Positions 18,520 to 28,540 are shown, numbered from the stretch's first letter. The stretch is 64,000 nucleotides of DNA from Actinomycetota bacterium (GCA_046723355.1 JBKOUJ010000035.1:70736-134735), one strand, 5' to 3'. The notes: generated by a model from the sequence alone, not told the origin. Numbers and translations: made by a program.

Positions 18520-21500
18520 GCCCACTCAGCCTATTCGTTCCTGGACGGCGCCTCGTTGCCGGAAGACCTTGCGATCCGCGCCGCCGAGCTCGGCTACGGC
18601 GCGCTCGCGCTGACGGACCACGATGGCGTCTACGGCTCGCTCGAGTTCGCGCAGGCGGCGAAGGCTTTTGGCGTCCGTCCGATCACCGGCGCCGAGGTGA
18701 CGCTCGCGGACGGATCCCACGTGACGTTGCTCGTCGAGTCGGCGCGCGGCTACGCGAACCTCTGCCGGCTGCTGACCGCGGCCCACGCAGGAACGCGGCT
18801 TCCAGGGAAGGAGCGTGAACTCCACGATCCCGCGTTGCCGTTCGAGCAGCTGCTCGAAAGGAACGAAGGCCTTGTTTGCCTGTCCGGCTGCGCGAGGCAC
18901 GGGCTTGCGGTGCGGAACCCGAACGCTGCCGCGCGGCTCGCCCGCGCATTCGGCCGCGACCGCTTCTTCGTCGAGCTCCAGCGGCCGTTGGAACGTGGGG
19001 ATGCCGCCCGGAACGCCGTCCTGCGCGAGCTCGCCGAGGCGCTAGGAGTCGCGACGGTCGCGACCGGAGACGTCCACGCGCACGACCGTCGCCTGACAGG
19101 GCTGCAGGATGTGCTCGTCGCGGTCAAGAACCGCACCTCGCTCGACGGCTGCGAGCGCGAGCGGCGCGGCAACCACGAAAGCTTCCTCCGCGCGCCGGGA
19201 GACGTCGCCGATCTCTTTCCGCACGACCGCGACGCCGTCGCCCGGACGGCCGAGCTGGCCGAGCGGCTCGAGTTCGACCTCAACGAGGACCTGGGCTACC
19301 GGTACCCTGACTTCTCGGAGAGCGGCGAGCCCGCGATCGCGCAGTTGAAGCGCGTCTGCGATCGGGCGTTCCAAGAACGCTATTGCCGACATGCTGGGGA
19401 AACCTCCCCGTTTCCCCAGACCCCTTCCACTGGTCCGCTTCGCGGACAGGCGCTACGCGCCGGTCACAAGAAAAAAGCGCGCTCCCGCCTCGACGAGGAG
19501 CTGAAGCTGATCGACGAGCTCGGCCTGGCCGGCTTTTTCCTCCTCCACTGGGAAGTGCTGGAACTGGCGCGTGAGCTCGCGGTCGAGGTGCGCGGCCGCG
19601 ACTCGCCGCGCTCGACGCTGCCGCCCGGCCGGGGACGCGGGAGCTCGGTCGGCTCGATCGTCTGCTACCTGACCGGCCTGTCGCACGTCGATCCGGTGGC
19701 GGCGGGGCTCACGCTCGGGCGCTTCCTGAACCGAGACATGGCCGCGGTGCCTGACATCGACCTCGACTTCCCGCGCGACATCCGCGAGAAGCTGCTCCCG
19801 GCGGTCAGCGACAAGTACGGCCGCGAGCACGCGGCTCTGGTAGCCGCCTTTCCGACCTACAATGCGCGCGGCGCGATCCGCGACGTCGGCAAGGCGCTCG
19901 GCCTCCCGCACGCCGAGCTCGAGCGGCTGGCGCGGATCACGGAGGGGAACCCACGGCGCGTCGCCGAGGAGGTCGCGTCCCTGCCCGATGCCGAGACGAA
20001 GCTCCGCTCGCCGCGCTGGCGGGCCTTCTGCGAGCTCTGCCACGAGATCGGCGGGCTACCGCGGCACGCATCGCAGCACCCGGGCGGCATGGTCATCTCG
20101 AGTCGGCCGCTCGTCGAGCTCGTCCCGGTGATGCCGGCGGCGATGGCCGGGCGACAGCTCGTCCAGTGGGACAAGGACTCCTGCGCCGACGCGGGCTTTC
20201 TCAAGATCGACTTGCTCGGGCTCGGGATGCTCTCCGCGGTCGAGGAGTGCGTCGAGCTGATCTCTCAACGAAGGGGTGAGCCGATCGATCTGTCACGGAT
20301 TCCGCTCGAAGACCCCGACGTCTACGACGACATCCAGCGGGCCGACACAATCGGCGTCTTCCAGATCGAAAGTCGCGCGCAGATGCAGTCGCTCCTGCGC
20401 ACGCGGCCCGAGAACCTCGACGATCTGACGATTCAGGTCGCGCTCGTCCGGCCGGGGCCGATCCAGGGGAAAGCCGTCCACCCTTACATCGAGCACCGCC
20501 AGAGGCTGCGTGAGGACGCGAGCTTCGTGCCGCCCGTCGACCACGAGCTGCTGCGCGAGCCGCTAAAGGACACACTCGGAGTCGTCGTCTTTCAGGACCA
20601 GGTGCTCGAGGTAGCGATGGCGCTGGCCGGGTTCTCCGTCGGCGAGGCCGAGGGCCTGCGGCGCGCGATGAGCCGCAAGCGCAGCCAGGAGGCAATCGAG
20701 GCCTATCGCGGCCGGTTCATCGAGGGGGCGGCGCGGAACGGCGTCGACGCCGAGACCGCCGATGCGGTCTACGGCAAGCTCGCCGGGTTCTCCGGCTTCG
20801 GCTTTCCGAAGTCGCACGCGGCGGCGTTCGGGCTGCTCGCGTACCAGTCGACGTGGCTGCGCCGCCACCATCCGCGCGAGTTCCTCGCGGCGCTGCTCAA
20901 CGCGCAGCCGATGGGCTTCTACCCGCCTGCCTCACTCGTGCGCGATGCGCAGCGGCGTGGGGTGGAGGTGCGGCCGGTCGATGTCAACCGAAGCGGCGTC
21001 AAGTGTGGGCTCGAGGACGACGCGGTGCGGATCGGGCTCGAGTACGTGCAGTCGCTCCGCGAGGCCGGAGCGGAGGCGGTGGTCGAGGAGCGCGGGCGGG
21101 GCGGACCGTTCGCCGGAGTCCGCGACCTCGCACAACGGCTGGAGCTCGATCGCGACCGGCTAGACGCGCTCGTCGCCTCGGGCGCCTGCGACGCGTTCGG
21201 GGAGCGGCGGCGGCTGCTCTGGGAGCTCGGCCTCGCTTTCCGCCCGGCGACGGTGCCCGGCTCGGGCGGCGAGGAGCGGCAGCTCACGCTCTCGCTCGAT
21301 CCCACCGCCCGGACGCCGGAGCTGCCGGACCAGACGCCGTGGGAGCGCATGCTCGCCGACTACCGGCTGACAAGCCTCTCGGTCGGCACGCACCCGCTGA
21401 CGCTGCTCCGGCCGCGGCTCCCGACCGAGGTCGTGCCGACCCGCGAGCTCGGCAAGAAGCCGCATGGCGGCCGGATCACCGTCGCCGGCCTCGCGGTCGC

Positions 21501-21783
21501 GCGCCAGCGGCCGGCGACCGCGAACGGCGTCGTCTTCATGCTGCTCGAGGACGAGTTCGGGCAGGTGAACCTGATCGTGCCGCCGCCGGTCTACCAACGC
21601 TTTCGGCCGCTCGTCCGCGCCGAGCCCTTGATCCTCGCCCGGGGTCGGTTCGAGCGGAGCGGCCGCAACCAGAACGTGCTCGTGCACGAGTTCGAGTCGC
21701 TCGTCCCGCTCGCGAAGGAGGTCGCGAACGGCGCCGACGTCTTCGGCTCGCTGCCGCCGGCCCATCACTTCGGGCACCGATAA
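18502..21783 (+). CDS. dnaE2: error-prone DNA polymerase III alpha subunit DnaE2 (ImuC)
   Basis: 1093 aa. PHP N-terminus YVELHAHSAYSFLDGAS. TTG start with AGGAG 6 nt upstream. Size is typical of DnaE2. Confidence 0.9.
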   Translation: MYVELHAHSAYSFLDGASLPEDLAIRAAELGYGALALTDHDGVYGSLEFAQAAKAFGVRPITGAEVTLADGSHVTLLVESARGYANLCRLLTAAHAGTRLPGKERELHDPALPFEQLLERNEGLVCLSGCARHGLAVRNPNAAARLARAFGRDRFFVELQRPLERGDAARNAVLRELAEALGVATVATGDVHAHDRRLTGLQDVLVAVKNRTSLDGCERERRGNHESFLRAPGDVADLFPHDRDAVARTAELAERLEFDLNEDLGYRYPDFSESGEPAIAQLKRVCDRAFQERYCRHAGETSPFPQTPSTGPLRGQALRAGHKKKARSRLDEELKLIDELGLAGFFLLHWEVLELARELAVEVRGRDSPRSTLPPGRGRGSSVGSIVCYLTGLSHVDPVAAGLTLGRFLNRDMAAVPDIDLDFPRDIREKLLPAVSDKYGREHAALVAAFPTYNARGAIRDVGKALGLPHAELERLARITEGNPRRVAEEVASLPDAETKLRSPRWRAFCELCHEIGGLPRHASQHPGGMVISSRPLVELVPVMPAAMAGRQLVQWDKDSCADAGFLKIDLLGLGMLSAVEECVELISQRRGEPIDLSRIPLEDPDVYDDIQRADTIGVFQIESRAQMQSLLRTRPENLDDLTIQVALVRPGPIQGKAVHPYIEHRQRLREDASFVPPVDHELLREPLKDTLGVVVFQDQVLEVAMALAGFSVGEAEGLRRAMSRKRSQEAIEAYRGRFIEGAARNGVDAETADAVYGKLAGFSGFGFPKSHAAAFGLLAYQSTWLRRHHPREFLAALLNAQPMGFYPPASLVRDAQRRGVEVRPVDVNRSGVKCGLEDDAVRIGLEYVQSLREAGAEAVVEERGRGGPFAGVRDLAQRLELDRDRLDALVASGACDAFGERRRLLWELGLAFRPATVPGSGGEERQLTLSLDPTARTPELPDQTPWERMLADYRLTSLSVGTHPLTLLRPRLPTEVVPTRELGKKPHGGRITVAGLAVARQRPATANGVVFMLLEDEFGQVNLIVPPPVYQRFRPLVRAEPLILARGRFERSGRNQNVLVHEFESLVPLAKEVANGADVFGSLPPAHHFGHR

Positions 21784-21792
21784 TCCGCACTC

Positions 21793-23580
21793 ATGGAGCG
21801 GGTCGACGGCTATGCGCCGATCGAGGACTACGCGCTAATCGGCGACGGGCGTGCGTGCGCGCTCGTCGCAGGCGACGGCTCGATCGACTGGCTCGCGGTC
21901 CCGCGGCTCGACTCCGAAACCGTCTTCGCCCGGCTGCTCGACGCCCATCGCGGCGGCGCGTTCGAGCTCGCCCCCGAGCTCGACTTTCGCGTCGAGCGCG
22001 AGTACGCCGGGGACTCGAACGTGCTGCGGACGACGTTCGTGACGGCCCGCGGCACTGTCCGCGTCACCGATGCGATCACGCTCGACAACGGGGCCTTCCT
22101 GCCTTGGCTGGAGCTTGTCCGCGGGATCGAAGGGATCAGCGGGACGGTGCCGATGCGCTGGCGGATCACGCCGCGGTTCGCGGCCGGGGAGGGACCGAAA
22201 AAGATGACGATCGAGAGGCTCGGGACGGCCTTGCTGGCGGCGTCGCAACCGGCGATCCTCGCGCTCTACCCCTTCGAGGCGGGGGAGCCGCACCACACGG
22301 ACGACGAGATCACCGGCTCATTCGAGCTCGGCACGGGCGAGCGCGCGTCGCTCGTCTTGCGGGCTACCCACGACGAGCCGATCCCCGTTGCGCGCCGGGA
22401 TTGGGCCGAGCGCCGGCTCCGCGACACGGCGCGCGATTGGGAGCGCTGGCTTGCGGAGGCAGGCGTCGAAGGCGAGTGGAATGCCGAGGTGCGGCGGAGC
22501 GCGCTCGCGTTGCGGGCGCTCACCTATGTCCCGACAGGTGCGATCGTCGCGGCACCGACGACGTCCCTACCGGAGAGGATCGGCGGCGACCGCAACTACG
22601 ACTACCGGTACGGGTGGGTGCGCGACACGGCGTTCACGCTGGACGCGCTGATCAACCTCGGCCTGCTCGTCCAGGTGCACGCATCGTTCGCGTGGCTGCT
22701 ACGCGCCATCGAGCGCACCGAGCCCGACCTGCACGTCTTCTACAACCTCGACGGAGACACGACCTCGCGCGACGAGGAGCTCGAGCTCGACGGCTACCGC
22801 GGCTCACGCCCGGTGCGGCGCGGCAATGCGGCCGCGAGCCAGCTCCAACTTGGCTGCTACGGCGACCTGCTCGAGACCGCGGAGCTTTACGTTCGCGAGG
22901 GCAGCGCGCTCGATGACCACACGGCGGCGCGGTTGGCGGACATTCTCGACCACCTGACGACGATCTGGCAGCGGGAAGACTCCGGGATCTGGGAGCTGCC
23001 GGATCTGCAGCACTACACGATCTCGAAGATCGCCGTCTGGACGGCATTCGACCGGGCGCTGAGGCTCGTCGAACGGGGGCAGCTCCCGCGCGAGCGGGCG
23101 GAGCGATGGCGGGAGTCGGGGAAGCACGTGCGCGAGTTCGTCGAGCGCGAGTGCTGGTCGGAGCCGCGCGGCTGCTACACGATGTTCCCGGGCAGCACCA
23201 GCCTCGACGCGAGCATCCTGCGGGTGAGCAGGATGGGGTTCCTCGACGTCACGGACGAGCGGTTCTCGAGGATCATCGACTCGATCCGCGACGAGCTCGA
23301 GGCGGGCGGCGGCCTCCTCTACCGGTACAGCGGCCAGCATCGGATCGAGGGCGCCTTCGTCGCCTGCTCGTTCTGGCTCGTCGAGGCGCTGGCGCGCGCC
23401 GGGCGGGTCGACGAGGCGCGCGAGACGATGCGTCGAGTGATCGGGCACGCGAACGACGTCACCCTCTTCTCCGAGGAGATCGACCCAGAGAGCGGCGCGT
23501 TTCTCGGCAACTTTCCGCAGGGGCTCAGCCACCTCGCGCTCGTCAACGCGGCCGCAGCGATCCGTGACGCCGAGGCCTAG
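21793..23580 (+). CDS. glycoside hydrolase family 15 (glucoamylase/trehalase-like)
   Basis: 595 aa. IEDYALIGDGRACALVAGDGSIDWLAVPRLDS and later YDYRYGWVRDTAF. Confidence 0.85.
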   Translation: MERVDGYAPIEDYALIGDGRACALVAGDGSIDWLAVPRLDSETVFARLLDAHRGGAFELAPELDFRVEREYAGDSNVLRTTFVTARGTVRVTDAITLDNGAFLPWLELVRGIEGISGTVPMRWRITPRFAAGEGPKKMTIERLGTALLAASQPAILALYPFEAGEPHHTDDEITGSFELGTGERASLVLRATHDEPIPVARRDWAERRLRDTARDWERWLAEAGVEGEWNAEVRRSALALRALTYVPTGAIVAAPTTSLPERIGGDRNYDYRYGWVRDTAFTLDALINLGLLVQVHASFAWLLRAIERTEPDLHVFYNLDGDTTSRDEELELDGYRGSRPVRRGNAAASQLQLGCYGDLLETAELYVREGSALDDHTAARLADILDHLTTIWQREDSGIWELPDLQHYTISKIAVWTAFDRALRLVERGQLPRERAERWRESGKHVREFVERECWSEPRGCYTMFPGSTSLDASILRVSRMGFLDVTDERFSRIIDSIRDELEAGGGLLYRYSGQHRIEGAFVACSFWLVEALARAGRVDEARETMRRVIGHANDVTLFSEEIDPESGAFLGNFPQGLSHLALVNAAAAIRDAEA

Positions 23581-23889
23581 CGGTTCTCGATCTCGAGCGC
23601 GAACCGGGGCAAACGCTTGAGGACGGCGCGGTTGAACTCTTCCTCGTAGAGCTCGCCCGTGTCGTCGTCGAGCGTCCACTTGAAGTGGTCGCGGATGTCG
23701 GCCAGGGTTTCGGTGCCGGTCTCGACGGCGTCGACGTAAATCGCCGTAGCGCTCCTCGGCTTCGTCGCGCGGTGCGGTGTTGTATGCGCGCTCGAGCTCG
23801 TCGCACTCTTCGATCACGGCGGCGTGCTCGCGTTCGAAGAGGTCGAGCTGCCGCGAGATCACGTCGCTGAAGCGGCCGCGCCTGAACAC
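23577..23889 (-). pseudogene. small conserved-looking gene interrupted by a +1 frameshift
   Basis: Frame A reads MFRRGRFSDVISRQLDLFEREHAAVIEECDELERAYNTAPRDEAEERYGD. The coding-like sequence continues in another frame as YVDAVETGTETLADIRDHFKWTLDDDTGELYEEEFNRAVLKRLPRFALEIENR*. The switch is at an AAA/TTT run, 23738-23740. Confidence 0.55.
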
Positions 23890-24070
23890 CTAGGAGGCCT
23901 TGGCGGGACGTCGCTCGTCGTCGGGGTGCGCTGGTCGTTCCGTGAGGAGGACGCAGGGAGCGTCAATAGCCAAAGCTATTGGCGCGACTGCGTAACCAGG
24001 GCGGATGCCGGTGCGAGCAGCGCGGCCCGACGGCTCAGCAGGGCGTTTCGTCAAGGCCTCCTTACACTAG
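23890..24070. mobile_element. MITE-like / structured inverted-repeat element, copy 2 (about 181 nt)
   Basis: Begins CTAGGAGGCCTTGG. Ends TCAAGGCCTCCT, followed by TACACTAG. Core 23948-24022 is 73/75 identical to copy 1. Same orientation as copy 1. Confidence 0.6.
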
Positions 24071-24077
24071 CCGCGCC

Positions 24078-24896
24078 CTGACGCTGCTCATCCGTACCTG
24101 GAACGTGTTCCACGGCAACGCGAAGCCGCCGGAGCGCCACGCCTATCTCGAGCAGATGGTGCGGCTCGCCTCCTCGGACCGCCCGGACATCCTCTGCCTC
24201 CAGGAGCTCCCCGTCTGGGCGCTCTCGCACCTGGCCGGCTGGAGCGGCATGAAGGCCCTCGGCGAAGTCGCGCAACCGGCCCGGTTCGGGCCGCTTCCGA
24301 TCCCGGCCGAGCTCGGGCGCGAGCTCAGCTCGCTCCATAACGGCCTGCTTCGATCGGCCTTCTCCGGCCAGGCGAACGCAATCCTGCTCTCCTCCGACGT
24401 CGAGGTGCTCGCGCATGAGCGGCTCGTCCTCAACAGCCGCGAGTTTCGCGACAAGGAGGCGCGGCGGCTGCGGCTCGGCCTGATCGCCCGGCTCGGGTGG
24501 GCGAAGGAACGACGGATCGTCCAGGCCGTGCGTGCGCGCTTTCCGGACGGGACGACCGTGTTTGTCGCGAATCTGCACGCCACGAGCTACCCGGCTGACC
24601 AGCGGCTCGCCGACGCCGAGCTCCTCCGCGCCGCCACGTTCGCGGACGGCCTGGCCGAGCCGGGCGACGACGTCGTCCTCGCGGGCGACTTCAACGTCCC
24701 GCCGTCGCGGTCTGCGACGCAGGCCGAGCTGGTCGACGGCGATTGGGGCTTCACCGCCGTCGCGGTCGACGGGATCGACCGGATCCTCGTACGTGGCGCT
24801 CCGCTCGACGGCGCGGTGCGCTGGCCGCCCGAGCGCCGCCGGGTCGACGGCCGCCTCCTATCCGACCACACCCCTGTCGAGGCGACGATCGGATGA
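24078..24896 (+). CDS. endonuclease/exonuclease/phosphatase (EEP) family protein
   Basis: LIRTWNVFHGN...ILCLQEL...GDFN...SDHTP. There is no ATG/GTG/TTG between the repeat element and the conserved N-terminus. The start is therefore uncertain: CTG 24078, or TTG 23979 inside the element. Confidence 0.7.
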   Translation: MTLLIRTWNVFHGNAKPPERHAYLEQMVRLASSDRPDILCLQELPVWALSHLAGWSGMKALGEVAQPARFGPLPIPAELGRELSSLHNGLLRSAFSGQANAILLSSDVEVLAHERLVLNSREFRDKEARRLRLGLIARLGWAKERRIVQAVRARFPDGTTVFVANLHATSYPADQRLADAELLRAATFADGLAEPGDDVVLAGDFNVPPSRSATQAELVDGDWGFTAVAVDGIDRILVRGAPLDGAVRWPPERRRVDGRLLSDHTPVEATIG

Positions 24897-25972
24897 CCTT
24901 CGAGGCGGCACGGGCGCAGTTCCCCGTCTTCGAGCGATTCGCGTACCTGAACGCCGGCACGAACGGCCCGCTCCCGCGCGCGACGGTCGAGGCAGTCGCA
25001 GAATGGAACTGCCGCGACCTCGAGCATGGCCGCGGGGGCAAGCCGTACTTCGAGGAGGTGCTGGCGCTTCGCGAGCGTGCGCGCGAAGCACTCGCCGCGG
25101 TGCTGGATGCGGCGCCCGAGAACGTCGCGCTCGTCAGCTCGACGACGAACGCCTGCAACGTCGTGCTCGCCGGGCTCGGGCTAACCGAGGGCGACGAGAT
25201 CGTCACCAGTGACGTCGAGCACTTCGGGCTGCTTGGGCCGTTGCTCGCCTCGCCGACGCGCGTGCGGGTCGCCCGCGTCCGCGATGCGCCGCCGGAAGAC
25301 GCGCCCGGGCTCGTTTTGCAGCAGGTCACGGAAAAGACCAAGCTGATCGCCCTCTCGCATGTCTCCTGGCTGACCGGCAACTCGCTCCGTCCGACCGAAC
25401 TGCGTCAGGAGACGGAGCTGCCGATCCTCGTCGACGGAGCGCAGTCGGCCGGCGTGTGCCCGACCGACGCCGCCGAGTTCGACTTCTACACAGTCTCGGG
25501 CCAGAAGTGGCTCTGTGGACCGGACTCGACGGGGGCTCTCTACGTTCGCGATCCGGAGCGGCTGCGGGTCGCGCTGCCGACCTACATGTCCCAGTCGGCG
25601 TATGACATCGAAGAGTCGTTCACCCCGAAGCCCGGCGCGGCGCGCTTCGACTCGGTGTGGTACGCGCCCGGGATCCTGTCCGGCCTCCTCGCGGCGCTGG
25701 AAGCTGCGCCGGATTGGCGCTTCGAACGGGCACGCGAGGCAGCGTCTTCCTGCCGCGACCGCCTCGTCGAGGCCGGCTACGAGGTCGTCACCGCGCCCGA
25801 CCAGGCCGGCCTGATCTCGTTCGAGTCCGGCGGGGACGCCGCCGGGGCGGCGGCGCGGCTTTACGAGGCGGGCGTCGTCGCCCGCGACTTGCCGGGGACG
25901 CCGTGGCTGCGCATCTCCTGCGGCTGGTGGACGAGCGACGAGGACGTCGACCGACTACTCGCCGCGCTCTAG
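24893..25972 (+). CDS. class V aminotransferase / cysteine desulfurase-like PLP enzyme
   Basis: 360 codons. FAYLNAGTNGPLP...SHVSWLTG...GQKWLCGP. ATGA overlap with the EEP gene. Confidence 0.85.
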   Translation: MTFEAARAQFPVFERFAYLNAGTNGPLPRATVEAVAEWNCRDLEHGRGGKPYFEEVLALRERAREALAAVLDAAPENVALVSSTTNACNVVLAGLGLTEGDEIVTSDVEHFGLLGPLLASPTRVRVARVRDAPPEDAPGLVLQQVTEKTKLIALSHVSWLTGNSLRPTELRQETELPILVDGAQSAGVCPTDAAEFDFYTVSGQKWLCGPDSTGALYVRDPERLRVALPTYMSQSAYDIEESFTPKPGAARFDSVWYAPGILSGLLAALEAAPDWRFERAREAASSCRDRLVEAGYEVVTAPDQAGLISFESGGDAAGAAARLYEAGVVARDLPGTPWLRISCGWWTSDEDVDRLLAAL

Positions 25973-26140
25973 CTCCTCCTTCCCTCCGCTCGCCAAGAGA
26001 TGCGGTCGGCACTTCGCAGTGGACTGTCCACCCGAACTGCCGCGAACGGCCATGGCAACTGCAACAAGGGTGTGACGTTTCGTCCACAGGCAGGTCTCGT
26101 TGGGAGACGGCGACGCTTCGAGGGCGCGTACGGTGGGCGC

Positions 26141-26617
26141 GTGACAGGCCGCCTGCCGCGCTATGTCTTCCCCGACGGCGTCTTTCACGTCGGCACGCGC
26201 GGGGTCGACGGGACGCCGGTCTTTCGCAGCGACGACGACCGCCGCTTCTTCCTGCAGCTCTTCGCAGACGTGGTGGAACGCCACGAGTGGCTCGTTCACG
26301 TCTTCTGCCTAATGACGAACCACTACCACCTCGTCGTCGAAGCCCTGCGCGACGAGCTCTCCGACGGCTGCCACCGCCTCAACGGCGTCTATGCCCAAAC
26401 GTTCAACCGCCGGTACAAGCGGAAGGGCCATCTGTGGGGCGACCGCTTCTGGTCGGGGCCGATCGACAGCGACGAGCAGTTCGAGGACATCTGCGCCTAC
26501 GTTCTCAACAACCCGGTGCGGGCCGGTCTCTGCGACGAACCGGCGGACTGGCCCTGGAGCGGCAGCCAAATGGAACGCACTGCCTGGCGGATCGTCGGCC
26601 CCCGACGGGTGGACTAG
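26141..26617 (+). CDS. IS200/IS605-type Y1 (HUH) transposase homologue, RAYT-like
   Basis: RLPRYVFPDGVFHVGTRG...FCLMTNHYHLVV (HUH)...GHLWGDRF...YVLNNPVRAGL (catalytic Tyr region). Solitary, with no partner tnpB. GTG 26141 is preferred over the ORF-track start at 26000. Confidence 0.8.
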   Translation: MTGRLPRYVFPDGVFHVGTRGVDGTPVFRSDDDRRFFLQLFADVVERHEWLVHVFCLMTNHYHLVVEALRDELSDGCHRLNGVYAQTFNRRYKRKGHLWGDRFWSGPIDSDEQFEDICAYVLNNPVRAGLCDEPADWPWSGSQMERTAWRIVGPRRVD

Positions 26618-26624
26618 CGTGCGC

Positions 26625-27206
26625 TTACGAGGCCGGAACGTCGGCCGCGGTCCGCAGCCCGAGCTCCGGTGCGATCGGCCTCAGTGCCTCGGTCACGAAG
26701 GCGATGTGCTCATTCAGATCGACGCCGAGCTCCTCGGCGCCCTTGTAGACGTCGTCACGGTTGACGCCCGAAGCGAAGGACGGTTGCTTCAGCTTCTTCC
26801 GAACGGACTTCGGCTCGAGGGTGTCGATTCCGTCCGGCCGCACGAGCCCGCACGCATGGATGAACCCGGACAGCTCGTCGCACGCGAACAGCGTCTTTTT
26901 GAGCGGCGTGTCGCGCGGGAGCCCGAGGTGCTCGGCATGCGAGAGGACGCCCTCGACGACTTCCTCCGGATACCCCTCCTCGCGCAGGATCGGCGCCCCG
27001 TCCTGCGGGTGCTTGTCGAGCGTCGGATGCATCTCGTAGTCGAAGTCGTGCAGGAGGGCGGTCACGCGCCAGAGCTCCTCGTCCTCGCCGAACTTCTGAG
27101 CATAGGCGCCGACCGCGGCCTCGACGGCGAGAGCATGGCGCCGCAGGGGCTCGCTCTGCGTGTACTTCGAGAGCGTGTCCCAGGCCTGATCGCGTGTCGG
27201 CCGCAC
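26625..27206 (-). CDS. HD-domain phosphohydrolase
   Basis: 193 aa. RHALAVE...ALLHDFDYE...SHAEH. Confidence 0.8.
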   Translation of the reverse strand: MRPTRDQAWDTLSKYTQSEPLRRHALAVEAAVGAYAQKFGEDEELWRVTALLHDFDYEMHPTLDKHPQDGAPILREEGYPEEVVEGVLSHAEHLGLPRDTPLKKTLFACDELSGFIHACGLVRPDGIDTLEPKSVRKKLKQPSFASGVNRDDVYKGAEELGVDLNEHIAFVTEALRPIAPELGLRTAADVPAS

Positions 27207-27259
27207 GGGTCAGTACGATAGCCGCGCCGATGCCGACGACCACCGTCGCCGACGCGCTC

Positions 27260-28540
27260 ATGGAAACGTTCGTCATCGAGGGCTCCCAACCCTTGAACGG
27301 TCGCATTACGGCGGCCGGGAACAAGAACGGAGCGCTACCGATTCTCGCCGCGTGCCTGCTCACGGAGGAGCCCGTGACGCTGACGAACGTCCCGCGGATC
27401 CGCGATGTGGAGACGATGGTCGAGCTGCTGGCGCAGCTTGGCGCCGACATCGAGTGGGCCGCCGAGAACGAGGTTCGCGTGCACGCGACCGACCTGATCA
27501 CGACCGAGGTCGACGAGCGGCTTGCGAGCCGCATCCGCGCCTCGTTCCTGCTCGCGGGCCCGCTGCTCGCGCGCTGGGGCCGGGCCGCGGTGCCCCCGCC
27601 GGGCGGCGACGTGATCGGGCGGCGGCGGCTCGACCCGCACATCCACGCCCTCACGGAGCTCGGCGCGCAGATCGACCTCAACGGCCGCTACGAGATGCAG
27701 ACGAGCGGCCTCGTCGGCCAGCGGATCTTCCTCGACGAGGCGAGCGTGATGGCGACCGAGAACGCCGTCATGGCGGCCTCGCTCGCTGCCGGGGAGACGG
27801 TGATCGGCAACGCGGCCTGCGAGCCGCACATCCAGGACCTCTGCCGCTTCCTGCGGTCGCTCGGCGCCGAGATCGACGGGGTCGGCTCGAACGTTCTCAC
27901 CGTCCGCGGCGTCCAGCGGCTGCGCGGTGGTGAATGGCGGATCGCCTGCGAGCACGTCGAGGTCGCGAGCTTCATCGGCCTTGCGGCTGTCACCGCCGGC
28001 GACGTCACGATCGACGACGTCGTGCCAGAAGACCTGGCGCCCATCCTGCCTTCCTTCGAGCGCCTGGGGGTGCGGGTGGAGCTCGATGGCACGTCCCTCC
28101 GCGTTCCCCCCGACCAGGAGCTCGTCGTCCAGGACGACCTCGGCGGTCAGATTCCGAAGATTGAGGACGGGCCGTGGCCCGCGTTCCCGGCCGACCTGAC
28201 GTCGATAGCGCTCGCCGTCGCGACGCAGGCGCAGGGCACGGTCCTGATCTTCGAGAAGATGTTCGAGAACCGGTTGTTCTTCGTCGACAAGCTCGTCTCG
28301 ATGGGAGCGCGGATTATCCTCTGCGACCCGCACCGCGCGGTCGTCACCGGACCGGCGAAGCTGATCGGCCAGCGCATGGCCAGCCCGGACATCAGGGCCG
28401 GCATGGCGATGCTGATCGCGAGCCTCTGCGCCGAGGGCACCTCGACGATCGGCAACGTCGGCGAGATCGACCGCGGCTACGAGCGGATCGACGAACGCCT
28501 CAGGTCACTCGGCGCCCGCATAGAGCGCGTCGAGAGCTGA
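27260..28540 (+). CDS. murA: UDP-N-acetylglucosamine 1-carboxyvinyltransferase
   Basis: [34 protein letters not shown] 27260 fits the family N-terminus better than 27194. Confidence 0.95.
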   Translation: METFVIEGSQPLNGRITAAGNKNGALPILAACLLTEEPVTLTNVPRIRDVETMVELLAQLGADIEWAAENEVRVHATDLITTEVDERLASRIRASFLLAGPLLARWGRAAVPPPGGDVIGRRRLDPHIHALTELGAQIDLNGRYEMQTSGLVGQRIFLDEASVMATENAVMAASLAAGETVIGNAACEPHIQDLCRFLRSLGAEIDGVGSNVLTVRGVQRLRGGEWRIACEHVEVASFIGLAAVTAGDVTIDDVVPEDLAPILPSFERLGVRVELDGTSLRVPPDQELVVQDDLGGQIPKIEDGPWPAFPADLTSIALAVATQAQGTVLIFEKMFENRLFFVDKLVSMGARIILCDPHRAVVTGPAKLIGQRMASPDIRAGMAMLIASLCAEGTSTIGNVGEIDRGYERIDERLRSLGARIERVES

